Assembly (NCBI GenBank): GCA_026770705.1
Contig: JANJGN010000523.1
Coordinates: 186,001 to 250,000 of the forward strand
Reading direction: 5' to 3'
From: Isurus oxyrinchus
Lineage: Eukaryota
DNA: 64,000 bases
A model generated the notes under the pieces. That model had not been told where the DNA came from, did no database searches, and was given only the letters and a program-made list of their open reading frames with translations. Position numbers and translations under genes: made by a program. The first letter of the stretch is position 1. Each line of letters opens with the position of its first letter. Positions 53,250-64,000 of the stretch are shown here, piece by piece.

Positions 53250-54250
53250 AATAACTGACATTGGCAATAAATTAATATAAACAGAGTGTCCAGTGCTGTC
53301 ATTACAGAAAGGGGGCCTTATTTAACATGAACAGCGATAAGGACTCCTGCACTCTGAGCAGTTTAGTCCATGAATAACTATGGCAGACCCTGTCGAATAT
53401 AAACAGGGAGATGGCCTCATACAATTTAAAGGTGGGCATAAAATAGTGCAGAAATAAAGGAGAAAGTGTCTAGTGTAATATAAATAAGGACATGGATGAG
53501 TGCAATATAACCAGACACATGCTTCAGTGCAGCAATAATTGAAAAAGGCCCTAGTGTAAAGGATGGATGGGCACAGAGTTTATTGCACCAATGTCCGTGA
53601 CTGGACCCAGTAGAATATGGACGGAGACATGGTCAGGTTATGGTCTTGCAAACCCCTTCAGAAACTTGAACACATCTTTTAAAACATCTCTTAACTCTCT
53701 GCTCTAGGATGCTATTTCTATCGTTTTTCCACATAACGGAAGCCTCTCACCCCATTCTGGTAATACCTTCGACAGCATCTTCAGAACCGGAGAGCTCTGC
53801 GACATAGAAGGACAAGGACAGCAGGTGAATGGAAGCACCAACACCTGCTAGTGCCGCTCCAAGTCACACACAATATTCTGATTTGGAAATATAGATTTTT
53901 TTCCTTCGTTGTTATTGAGTCAAAACCCCAAAGCTCCCTTCCCACCAGCACTGTTTTTGGATTTGAAACACACACAAGGCGGCTCACCAACACATCTCCG
54001 GGGCAATTAGGTATGGCTAGTAAATGTCGGCCTTGACAGAAATGTCAACATCTGAGAATGAAGTAGAACTAGCAATAACTGAGTGAAGGTCTGCTGTGAT
54101 ATAAACATAGATATGCTATGGAGCAGTAATAATTGAGGCAGTGTATGTATGTTTCCATGGAAGCAATCGCGCTAGCACTGCCACATGGTGGCGAAAGATT
54201 GCCATTGCTGTTACTGTAAAATGCCTTCATCAGTTATTGTCTCTTATATT
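53250..54250 (-). repeat. Composite element copy 5 (inverted; head nearest the IgH cluster)
   Basis: Reverse 27-bp array; the reverse complement of 54125-54245 aligns with 1515-1640. A family A tail is inserted at ~53770-54060. Confidence 0.7.
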
Positions 54251-54467
54251 AACGCATCTAAAAACAAGCTACAAAGATATACAAGATCATTACATTCTAC
54301 AGGGGGTGGCAAAGGATAACAATGCAAAAGATTCCATCTGAGTGAAGCTTTGTTGCGCAAAGAAACATTAGCAAAAGGACAACGTGGTTCAAATCCTGTT
54401 AATTTATATTAATGTACATTTATTGGCGTTAATTGAAGGGAGGACTTTTGATCAGGGAACATATCTT

Positions 54468-54600
54468 TGTGTGTGTGTGTGTGTGTGTACGTCTGTGTGT
54501 GTGCGTGTGTGTGTGAGTGTGTATGTGCGCGTGTGTGTACATCTGTGTTTGTCTGCCTGTATCTCTGTGTGTCTGCTTGTTTACTTATGTGCCTGTGCGT
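54468..54600. repeat. (GT)n microsatellite
   Basis: Direct inspection. Confidence 0.9.
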
Positions 54601-55019
54601 ATTTGTCTAAACACATCATTCTTAATGTTTCCATGCGAATTCTGCAAAGGTAAATGATTATGTTTTCCAGTTATGTTTCTATATTTTATTCCCTTTGATT
54701 AAAAATATAATTTTAGGTCCTGTAATATCCTTAATGTGCATTGATTATCCATTTATTTTGTTCTCATATTTAGATCGCATTGTCCCACCGATCTGTTACC
54801 AAGGCAATGTCTGTCTGTCCTCAGAAATCATTTGTGAAAAGTGATTAAATCGGAGCATGCATAACGTGTATGAATACATTGTTCTCTGTGACAGATTGTT
54901 AGTTGATCATCAGCGCATCTCACGGGACCTTGTATTGATTTCGGCATGTTGAAGTAAAAGTGAGAATCTCACTATCCGTGACCTGAGATTAATAAAACAT
55001 TTCCTTCAGTCAGAAAGAA

Positions 55020-55580
55020 AACGAATTATATCCAACAACCGTTTGCAACTATATAGCCCTTTTAATGTCGTAAATCGCTGCATGTTGACTCACCAGACCA
55101 CTAACAGGCCAAATTTGACACCGAGTCACGTAAGGAGACACAAGGACGGATGACCATACATTAGGTCAACGATGTAACTTTTAGTGAGAATAGTAAAGGA
55201 GGAGAGAGGGAGAAGGGGTTTAAGGCAGTTGGCAACAAGTGATAAAATTCACGATGCAAAAGATGTGAGAATTCGAGGAGGGAAGGAATCTCGGAGAATT
55301 ATGAGACTGAAGGAGCTGACCGGGACGGAGCTGGTGGTGGTGAGGTCGTGGGAGAGGTGGTGGAGGCCATGGAGGGAGATTAACAACTGCGATAATTTTA
55401 TTACTGATGCATTACTTAACCGAGAGCCGCCGTGGATCAGGGAGAACAGGGTTGATGGGCTAACGGGACATGTGTGCATTAAGATATGGGCAAGACCATT
55501 TAGCTTGAGCTCCTATTTATAGAAGGTAGACTCTGGGGGGATGGTCAGGAAACCATTGGAATATTCAGGTCAAGAAGTGA
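55020..55580 (-). mobile_element. L2-type LINE 3' fragment
   Basis: caaatttgacaccgagtcacgtaaggaga..ggatgacca..aaaggaggagagagg pattern. Confidence 0.6.
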
Positions 55581-55639
55581 CGAAGAGATCGATGGGAGTT
55601 TTAGTCCACTGCCTTGTTATGATGACCCAGATACAGGGA

Positions 55640-56180
55640 ATAATTAATTGGGTTTCTGCTCCCATGTCTGTCGGTGTCATATAGGACCAGTAACAAATAA
55701 TCATTCCTAGGGTTTGTGCTCGCATGACTGCAGTATCAAATAGGCCCAACATCTGGAGATAATGCCCAGGGCTTGTGATTCAATGTGCGTCTGTGTGACT
55801 TGGGACCAGCCCCTGGGAATCATTAATATGACTTGTGATTCAAGGGCACTTCGTATCAGATAATCCCTGCACCTATTAGCAATTCCCAGGTTTTGAACAA
55901 CTAAACGGACATACATCAGAAAATTCAGGTTCTGAGGACAATTCCCAGCGGTTATGTTCCTTGGTGAGTTTGCTAGACCTAAGTGTTTGATACTAACCCC
56001 AGGATTTATGCTCCCTGATGCTTCTAATATCCCCCAGTCTCTCGGAATCACATTCAGGATTTGTGCTCCCTGGAGCGTCAGATGGTTTCTGTCACAATAG
56101 CCTCATGTTCTGAGAATCTTTCCTAGGATTCACACCCTGGTACTTCAGAGAGGATACAGGTTCTGGGAAACAATCTCAAG
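55640..56180. repeat. Highly degenerate ~58-60-bp tandem repeat
   Basis: Recurrent attcc(c/t)agg(g/a)tttgtg(a/c)tc motif at ~55705, 55765, 55884, 55998, 56053, 56122. Confidence 0.5.
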
Positions 56181-57479
56181 CTATGAATTCATTCGAAGTG
56201 AACGTCCATATACCCAATGGAGATGAGCCTGCACTGTTTGGGCACATTGTTGCTGGGCAGATCTGTGTATGGTTCCTTTGCTCACAGCTGGGTTCTTGTT
56301 GCCTTGCTATATTTGATCAGCGGGCAGGAAACTGATTGTTGAAGTTTCTGCACAGCAGCCACAGATGTTTCCTGTAAACTGAAATGTGAATGTTCTCTCC
56401 TCCCTGATGGTAGAACGCTGGATTCTTGTCACTGCCTGTTGGGCAGAGATATGGGATGAACGTGTTCAACAAACTGGGAATAAATTTATCAGCAAATGAA
56501 TCGTTAGGCAATATTAATCTAAATTGCATTTCTTATGAGATGATACTAAGGAAACTGCGTTTTGTGTATGGCAGATGCAGAACAGACTAAATGCGACAAC
56601 AACAATGCAATGAGTTTGCGATTTTCATTATATAAGGTCAATTTGATTCTGATAATTGTGAAGTTCTTTTACAATCCTGTAGAAGGGAATGCCAGCTGAG
56701 CTGGTATCACACAGATATAAAGAACACATTAACTACTCTGATAATAATGTTTGATTCATTTAATAATTTTGTAATTTACCCAATGGTCTGCAGACGGTTA
56801 CAATCCCAATCTGGAGACTGACTGGGAACTCAAATTATTCACTGAAATGTTTGTATAATTGTAATGGCAGGCTTTATATTTTCACATGTAACCTGTTGGC
56901 ACATTTGGTCTTGGCACCTGAAAAGCTGAGCACAACTGGCTTGATATCACCATAATTTCAATGATTTCTCATCCTTGGTGCAAATTAACAACATCAAAAA
57001 AAAAATCAAACTCGTGATGCCCCAAATCTCTGAATATAATTTATGGTTTAGTGGGGTCACTTAGATCGATATTGTTTTATCTGCATTGCTAAATATTTCC
57101 CAATGGTTTGTGGGATAAATCTGTCACATCAATTAGAAATGTAGACATGGTGATTTAATTCTTAACTAAACAGGGTTCGGCTGGACAGTGCAGCCTCATC
57201 ACACACACATTCCTCGGTGCAAATCTCAACTTCTCCCATTTAGAATCATTCACTGTGAAATGAAAGAACAATATTCACACTGGTGACCTGAAATCCAGTG
57301 GAAAATTGATTCACGGAGGATTGTTTTAAAGTGAAGCTTCACATTTCACGATGGATTATATCTGAAATTAAGTGACATTATTCCGAAACTGTCGATGTCC
57401 TGGGACAAATATAATGGTTTTCTCTGGACAAATATCAGTAACATTTGTATCTTTTATCACACAGATAGGGGAACATGGA

Positions 57480-57780
57480 AATAAAGAAGACATACAGTTA
57501 AACAGTGCATTTCACAACCAGAGGACACCTTAAAGCGCTTTATAGGCAATGAAGATTTGTTTGTTTATTTATAAACCTATAATCACCATTGTATTGCAAG
57601 GAAAGACGACCGTGAAGTTACGTATAGGAAGATCCAACAAACTGCGCTGTGATAAATCACCAGATAAGCTGATTTTGGGATGTTGGCTGAACGAGAAATA
57701 TTGGCCCCAGGGGATCTCTCCCTTCATCTTCAGAATAATTCCGTGGGTGTGTTTAGGTCCTTCTGAGAGCAATTGGACAC
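57480..57780 (-). mobile_element. Old Deu-domain-type SINE remnant upstream of the VH promoter
   Basis: gaaatattggccccaggga..cttcagaataattccgtggg..ttaggtccttctgagag resembles the reverse Deu core. Confidence 0.5.
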
Positions 57781-58052
57781 TGAGTACATGTGAGGTGTTT
57801 ATTGGGAATGTAAAGATTCGCACTGAATCAATTTAAACCTGCTTTAGAGAGAGAGTATCACATCCCAAAGGATAAACAGACAATCAAAAATATACGTTTG
57901 TGGAACACGGAATATTTATTGTTAATAATTGTTTATACAGCTGGACCTAGACAGGAAAAGAGAGGAGGAGTCAGGCTGTTAACTGGGGGAGGAGAGTGAC
58001 ACCCATTCTCCAGCTCTGTCTCTCTCTTTCTCTCTTATTTGACTCTAGCCGG

Positions 58053-58060
58053 TATAAATA
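58053..58060 (+). promoter_or_regulatory. VH promoter TATA box
   Basis: TATAAATA 98 bp upstream of the leader ATG; no ATGCAAAT octamer nearby. Confidence 0.75.
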
Positions 58061-58150
58061 GCGGGATGGTTCAGCTCCAGGTTCACAATCTGCTGGTGTC
58101 GCTGCGACAGAGAGTCACGCGCCCAAGTCAGTTATACCCAGGGACTGAGG

Positions 58151-58196
58151 ATGGGATTTGCACTGTGCCTTTGCTTCTTCTTGGCTTACTTCACCT
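58151..58196 (+). CDS. IGHV: IgH leader exon (L-part1) MGFALCLCFFLAYFT
   Basis: 46-nt hydrophobic leader with phase-1 T|gtaagt donor; intron 58197-58322 ends ..gctgacag. Confidence 0.92.
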
Positions 58197-58322
58197 GTAA
58201 GTACCCCGACTGTATAAGTGATACAACAGAAGTCTGTTTCTTTTCTGATATCGCGCTGCTATTTCCATTCACTGATTTGATTGTTTTTTTAATGTAATTA
58301 CATTTTTTCCATTCGCTGACAG

Positions 58323-58623
58323 ATGTCCAATCCGCCATCGTGCTGACCCAGCTGGCTTCAGAGACCGCTAAGCCTGGAGATTCTCGCAAACTGTCCTGTT
58401 CGGTGAGTGGGTTCAGTCTGGACAGCTACTATGTGAACTGGGTTAAACAAGTTCCTGGGAAAGGGCTGAGTGGCTCCTTGCTTACAGAAAACCCTCAGAT
58501 ACCACGTATTACGCGCCTGGAGTCGAAGGTCGAATCATCCCATCAAGAACTTCGTCCACAGCTTACATTGAGATCAAAAATCTGAGACCCGAAGACACCG
58601 CGAGGTATTACTGTGCAGGAGGC
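58323..58623 (+). pseudogene. IGHV: IgH V segment (IgW-like) with 1-nt frameshift in FR2
   Basis: (Y)[48 protein letters not shown]^[52 protein letters not shown]. Conserved C, W and YYC; one G is missing at 58468/58469. Confidence 0.93.
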
Positions 58624-58662
58624 CACAGCGACCTGAACAAGCCCAGAGCTCGTACAGAAACC
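58624..58662 (+). other. V 23-RSS
   Basis: CACAGCG-23 bp-ACAGAAACC. Confidence 0.93.
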
Positions 58663-59011
58663 GCAGAGGAATAATTGCAGTGAATCATAGGTCAGTGTTA
58701 GCTCAAAATAAGTTAAGAGATGTGTTTGAACCTCGATTGAAAAGTTACATTTTCCAAAGCAATAAAGTGGCGAAGAATAAAAACAAAATGTTGACTAACT
58801 CTGTATATTAAAGAGCATAGTTACCGCTTAGAATGTGCACAACTGATGACTAGGAGCAAATTGAAATATTGACAAATTATTACGTGAATGGGGATAATTT
58901 TAGCTCAAGGTTCTGCTCCTGATTAAAACTCTTGAATTAATTGTAATCAAAATCTGCAAATCTTCTGCTGACTGAAAGGTTTTATTTCTTATAGCAACAG
59001 TGAGTGAGAGC

Positions 59012-59091
59012 AGTATCTGTGCTGGTTCGTGTCACTGTGGTACTACAGTGGGTCACGGTGCTGTGTATAGTGAACTCCTCATACAAATACC
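59012..59091 (+). other. IGHD: D1 segment GTACTACAGTGGGT (59040-59053) with 12-RSS and 22-RSS
   Basis: AGTATCTGT-12-CACTGTG | D | CACGGTG-22-ACAAATACC. Confidence 0.92.
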
Positions 59092-59399
59092 CCAGAGAGG
59101 GACTTTGATCAAAGCTGCGATCCGTATCACAGCAGGAAAGTCAAAGAAAATAAAATGACCAACAATAAGGGTTTTAAGGATTTACGAAAAAATGTATAAA
59201 AGTCTCCGAATTTACTAATTTTGATTGTCTTGCTAAATAGGGGCACAGTTGTTAAAGGCGTATTTCGATCTGCTTTATAAACATAATGAAGAGTTCTAAC
59301 TGAAATATCACTGTGATGTATTCCTAGAGTATTCAGAATCAGGTTTCTCAGACCGCTGTGGATTTGAATCTCTGTATTTCACATTTAACAGTCCGCCGC

Positions 59400-59466
59400 A
59401 GTTTCTGACATGGTGCGTCTCACAGTGATGCTGGATGGCACAGTCGTTACTGTTAATGCAAAAACC
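59400..59466 (+). other. IGHD: D2 segment ATGCTGGATGG (59428-59438) with 12/12 RSS
   Basis: AGTTTCTGA-12-CACAGTG | D | CACAGTC-12-GCAAAAACC. Confidence 0.92.
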
Positions 59467-59784
59467 TCATCGGGGCAAATTGATTGCATTTCAGTCGATG
59501 CATTTTTTTTTACAATACAACGATATTAAACAAACTCCTATCTGTGCCTGGAGCTCCCCCACTGACAAGAGGTGCTAAAGTGTTAATTATTAAATCAGTG
59601 GTTGCTGATTTCAATGCATGATCATCAGATACTCTGTGAATTACAAATAAAACAGTTTAATTTATAAAGTTTTAAAAATATTTCGCAATTTTACATTTTT
59701 GATAAAGTCAATCATGATTTTACTTTGCCTCTCGGTTCGTAACATTTAAATTAATATTGAATTTCTCCCCTTGTGTGCAGAACT

Positions 59785-59823
59785 GGTTATTGTGTGACTC
59801 AGATCAGCGAATGTAACACAGTG
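59785..59823 (-). other. J 23-RSS
   Basis: GGTTATTGT-23 bp-CACAGTG immediately 5' of JH. Confidence 0.92.
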
Positions 59824-59871
59824 ACTATATGGATTACTGGGGCCAAGGAACCATGGTGACGGTGACTGCAG
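59824..59871 (+). CDS. IGHJ: JH segment YMDYWGQGTMVTVTA
   Basis: WGxG motif and G|gtaaga donor at 59872. Confidence 0.96.
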
Positions 59872-61789
59872 GTAAGAAACATGCCTTCATTCTGCGCTCT
59901 TGGATTTGCTTCATTGTTTCACATTTCTGTTTATTTTAGTCATTAATTTGTTAACCGTAACTTTGCATTCTGTGTTTACAATGTTTCATTTAATTATGCT
60001 TCAAAGGGATTGAACAATTCTCCTGCTTCTCGGCAAAAAAAAGCTCTGGGAGTTTTAAGGACTTGTTTGAGTGATTTGCCTTTTATCTGCTGATGAGGCT
60101 TTGTGCCTGGCTTACTTTAAATACATGAGTTTTGTTAATCAGTTTGGTGTTTCTGCCATGTTTCATCTCGGTGACATCTGATTGCTGCAAGTTTTCTAAT
60201 CGACTAACATTGTGTTTAAAAGTGTTGGAAATAAGATTATAGACAGGAAACCGAGTGCTATCAAGGTCAAAAATGTCATTTTAAACTATGGGTTTTAAAA
60301 TAAATGTTTGCCATTTTTATTTGTGTTTAACTGCGCTGTAAAATATCAATATAATGCTGACCAACGTTCATCTTAAATAAGTGAAATGCTACGATAACTA
60401 AGAACAACAGGGTTAACAAATTTGCTGCCTGGGTCAGGATTAAATAAAAACAACTTGAAACATTAAAATGCAGTAATGTCGCCAGATATTACTAAAGTAT
60501 ACAGTGAAAATCAACACAATTCATTAAATATGAGGCATTGAAGTACAATTCTGCCATTGTTTCATATTTCTGTTTATTTTAATAAATGACTTGTTCAATG
60601 AAAGGCAATTTCTGTGCGATGTATTGAGGTTGATTTGAAATGTTGCATCTGATTCTGCTGAAAGGACTTAGGTAATTAAGCATTTGTTGGATTCAGTCCC
60701 TCGGTGTTGTGATTTAGTGTTAAGTGCTGAGGAGAGTATGTGCCTGGGTTACTTTGAACAGTTAAAGCTCGTGGAACTGTTTGGTGAAGCTACAACGCGT
60801 ATTTTCGATCACATACCGTGTGTTGATGATGTGCTTAAACCATTGTGAAGGAAGGTTATAGTTATAAAGCAGGCAGGCTTTTTAATCAACTGTGATAGAT
60901 ATATTGATGCATTTTTATTTCAGTGCTAATTGCAGATTCAAAAAATAATATTTTGTTTCCGATATTCCTATTTAATACTTAAGGTAATAATGCAATGTTA
61001 AAGGATATAACCAGCGAATTTCAACTGTGATGGGGAGTTAAATGAATATAACTCAAACGGTTATAATGCGGCAATATTTCCCAAGATTACAACAATAAAA
61101 AAATATTATTGTTAGACATTTAGCAGATAATCTGTGCTATCCACAACTATGCTGCAAAACACAGCACAATTAATAGCAGCCGGACAAATGCAGAGGTTCC
61201 AGCAATTTCCATGGTGTTTTTTTTTAAATTATAATACACACTGATCGCACTGCCGCGTTTAGTTTGAACAAGGATTTTAAATTAATTGGTTCCTCCCTGG
61301 TTAACGCAGGTTGAAAGGTGCTAATTAATTATCAATATTAAATGCATTTGGTAAATTGCAGCAGGCTAATTTAATATATCTGCCGGGTTGCTGAAGCTTT
61401 GCTGTGCAGCCAAACGGCGCTGTTCCTTCAATTTTGGTGTAGCCCATTATCACTAAGCTAATCTTAAACAGTTTGCCGTTAAGGAATTGCTCAATAATTC
61501 AATTCAAATTCAGAGAAAGTTCAGAATACATATGGCTGGAGATGGGCAAACATTGCTATTGAAGCAGGTTGGCTTAATTATAAACTTTTGAATTGAAGAA
61601 CAACTACCAATCTTGCAAAACTGTGAGATATACGGGTTGAATTAAATGGGAGCTACCTTTAATTCTCATTAAAATCGTTGTTCTTTTTGCTCGTTGAATT
61701 TCAGTGATGCAGAGTAATAGTTATCTCTCAGTTCTGCATTGATGATTGTGGATCTTAATTTCAATAAGTAGCATTAAATATTTAAATAA

Positions 61790-61980
61790 AAAAATGCTGA
61801 ACAAATACTCAGCAGGACTGGCAGCATCTGTCCATGGAGAAGCAGAGATCTGAAGAAGAGTCATATGGATTCGAAATGTTAACTCTGTTTCTCTCTCCAC
61901 TGATGCTTCCAGACGTGCTGAGTTTTGCCAGCATTTTCCGTTTTTATATCAGATTTCCAGCATCCGCAGCATTTTATTTT
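61790..61980 (+). mobile_element. Penelope-like inverted-repeat remnant in the J-C intron
   Basis: aaatactcagcaggactggcagcatc..gatgcttccagacgtgctgagttt hairpin; same family as 38399-38622. Confidence 0.75.
61838..61892 (+). ncRNA. Minimal type I hammerhead-ribozyme-like motif
   Basis: CTGAAGA-a-GAGTC-atatg-GATTC-GAAA-tg-TTA; stem I is formed by agaagcagag / ctctgtttct. Confidence 0.45.
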
Positions 61981-64000
61981 CATTATACGTTTGAAACACA
62001 TTTACGTGCATTGTGTGGATTACGGGAATGATACATCGAAGTTTGGCTGTATTATTATCAAGGGGAGGCTCCGAAAATGGCGCCAAATTGCCAGGGCTAC
62101 ATTAATTATTAAAAATAAAACTGCTGTTGGAATGTGGGTGGATATTTAAACTCCGGAGTCCTGCTTTAGTGATGTTGCACTCCAATTTTTATTACCGATA
62201 TGAGTACCCGGATAGTGCTTGAACATTTTTAAGCTGCCCACTTATAAATATATCATGTGAAATACACGTTTAGAACAGAAGAGCTTTTACATCGTGCAAA
62301 CATAATCACAAACATGGAAATCTTACACGGGTGTAGATATAAGAGCACATTCTTATAAATTGTTGATCATCTTAATGTATTAAAAATAATATAATGTATT
62401 TGTCCAGAAGTTTATGGAATGATTTGGTTAATTTAAGAAGTGTCACCTTAATTTAATTAAGCCTATTATTAACAAGAGACAAATCAGAAGAAGAATAAAA
62501 TTATTAACAAATTTGGCATAATGGAGTTAAATATCACCAATATGAAAATACAGTCTAAGATCACTACGAATTAATTACAAAAACATCTCTCAAATGTGCT
62601 GCGCTGGGTCCAGGATTAAAGTTAAAACTCATTGTTGGAGAATTTTTAAAATTATTTTCAATTAACTTGGAAAGCAACATGTTTCTCACTCAACTACCTT
62701 TAGCTCCATTGGATATTGCTCTACAATTTAATTAATTATCTTCGTGCTTTGCCTCAGCAGTTTCAATGATTATATATTATTCTGAAATTATGTCAGTGAA
62801 TAATAGGAGTTCAGTGTAAATATCTCCCGATTTGTTAAATTTTTGCTCTGTTACAATGTCCCTGTTATAGACATAAATTACCATGAATGTAAATTATTTT
62901 GATGTACCTGTTCTCAGCCAAACTTACTCCAAGGCTGTTGTGAAAGCTGTACACAGACAGGGAGAAATTGAGGCCCGTCAAATGGAGTTTTTTCCATTTA
63001 GAAGCAAAATAATTTCATAGAAGTGACATGGTCATAAATTTACAAACGTTTTAATCTATTCAAACGGATTAATGGATACTGGAGAAATCTATCTTTAATA
63101 GACTGATTTTTGCATTGTTTATGTCTGTTCTGTTTCTATGCGCGTGGTCACTGTGTGAGAATCAGGAGCCTTCTGGCTGTTTGTGAACTTTCTGGTTCAT
63201 TCTCCTGTAATTCAGGGAATTAATTTCGGACCATTTATTTAAGAAGTTTGTATATCCGAGAAAGGTGCAAATCTGTTCTTAAGTTTGAGAATATGCCTCA
63301 GAAATAAGATCAGTTTCCCAGTTTGTGGAATTCAGAAGGAATGCAAAGTGTAGAAAGATATTTTTCCTGTTCAGTGTTTGCTGTATCAGAGCCTGTGGTT
63401 TGATGATGGTCCAGTCTAAACGCAAGTTTTAACTAACAATGCGGAATAGAGGGCGTTTTAGAATGCATCCCACCATTTATATTCCTGAAATACAGCGCTT
63501 CACAGGACTGTGCAAAGAGAGTTTTAGTATAATTCACCTGTTCTGTATCTGACATGAGAGTGTTGGCACTCTCAATTTTCAAGGAACTTTAATCAGTATC
63601 AAACGCATTGGGCGTGAGTGCTCCAAATTAGATATGTAAAAGTAAATGATTCAATTCCTTCAATGAAGTAGCAGATCGTTAATTTAACATACGTTTCATT
63701 CTAAAAAAAAGCCAAGTTTGTGATTAAGGGATGATGATTAAACATTTTCAATAGCAGATAATACTTGAATCAGATTGGCCTGATCTAAAGCTTAATTTCA
63801 GGACAGTTACAGGAAGTCACTGTAATGTTACCGTCTGCGATATGATCGAATCTGAAAATAACTTGTGCAACGTAAATAGACAGTATGGTGCCTTACTCCT
63901 TGTTAAACGGAAACTACGGTGGGAATGAGAGCTGGAAAAATATGAATTTAACTTAACTCAATGCACAACCTGATTCCAACTGCCCGAAGGACATTTGATG

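Noticed and set aside
59309-59315. CACTGTG as the heptamer of a third D segment
   Set aside because: No nonamer at 12 or 23 bp and no partner heptamer.
59872-64000. CH1 exon or switch region
   Set aside because: No Ig C1-domain ORF and no repetitive G-rich switch sequence found; the constant region must lie beyond the window.

Overview
Repeat-rich vertebrate genomic DNA, almost certainly from a cartilaginous fish (shark/ray), with one assembly gap (28781-28952). The main gene content is a shark-type immunoglobulin heavy-chain cluster on the + strand: TATA box, split leader, VH, D1, D2 and JH at 58053-59871, with RSSs in the order V23-12D1(22)-12D2(12)-23J. No CH exon is reached before the window ends. 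The VH has a single 1-nt frameshift and looks IgW-like, while D1, D2 and JH look IgM-like. The left end has tRNA-Glu(TTC), a decayed tandem copy of it, tRNA-Ser(TGA) and an intron-containing tRNA-Ile(TAT). Most other sequence is decayed CR1/L2/RTE LINEs, SINEs and Penelope-type inverted repeats, one of which has a minimal hammerhead-like core in the J-C intron. A 27/54-bp tandem repeat family occurs both as a ~10-kb array and inside a dispersed composite element headed by an extended CTCF-type motif. A possible minus-strand spliced transcript (exons near 26.3, 26.0 and 13.4 kb) is also suggested. Nearly all ORFs in the supplied track are repeat artefacts. Repeat boundaries are approximate, and family assignments are from recall, not from database searches.
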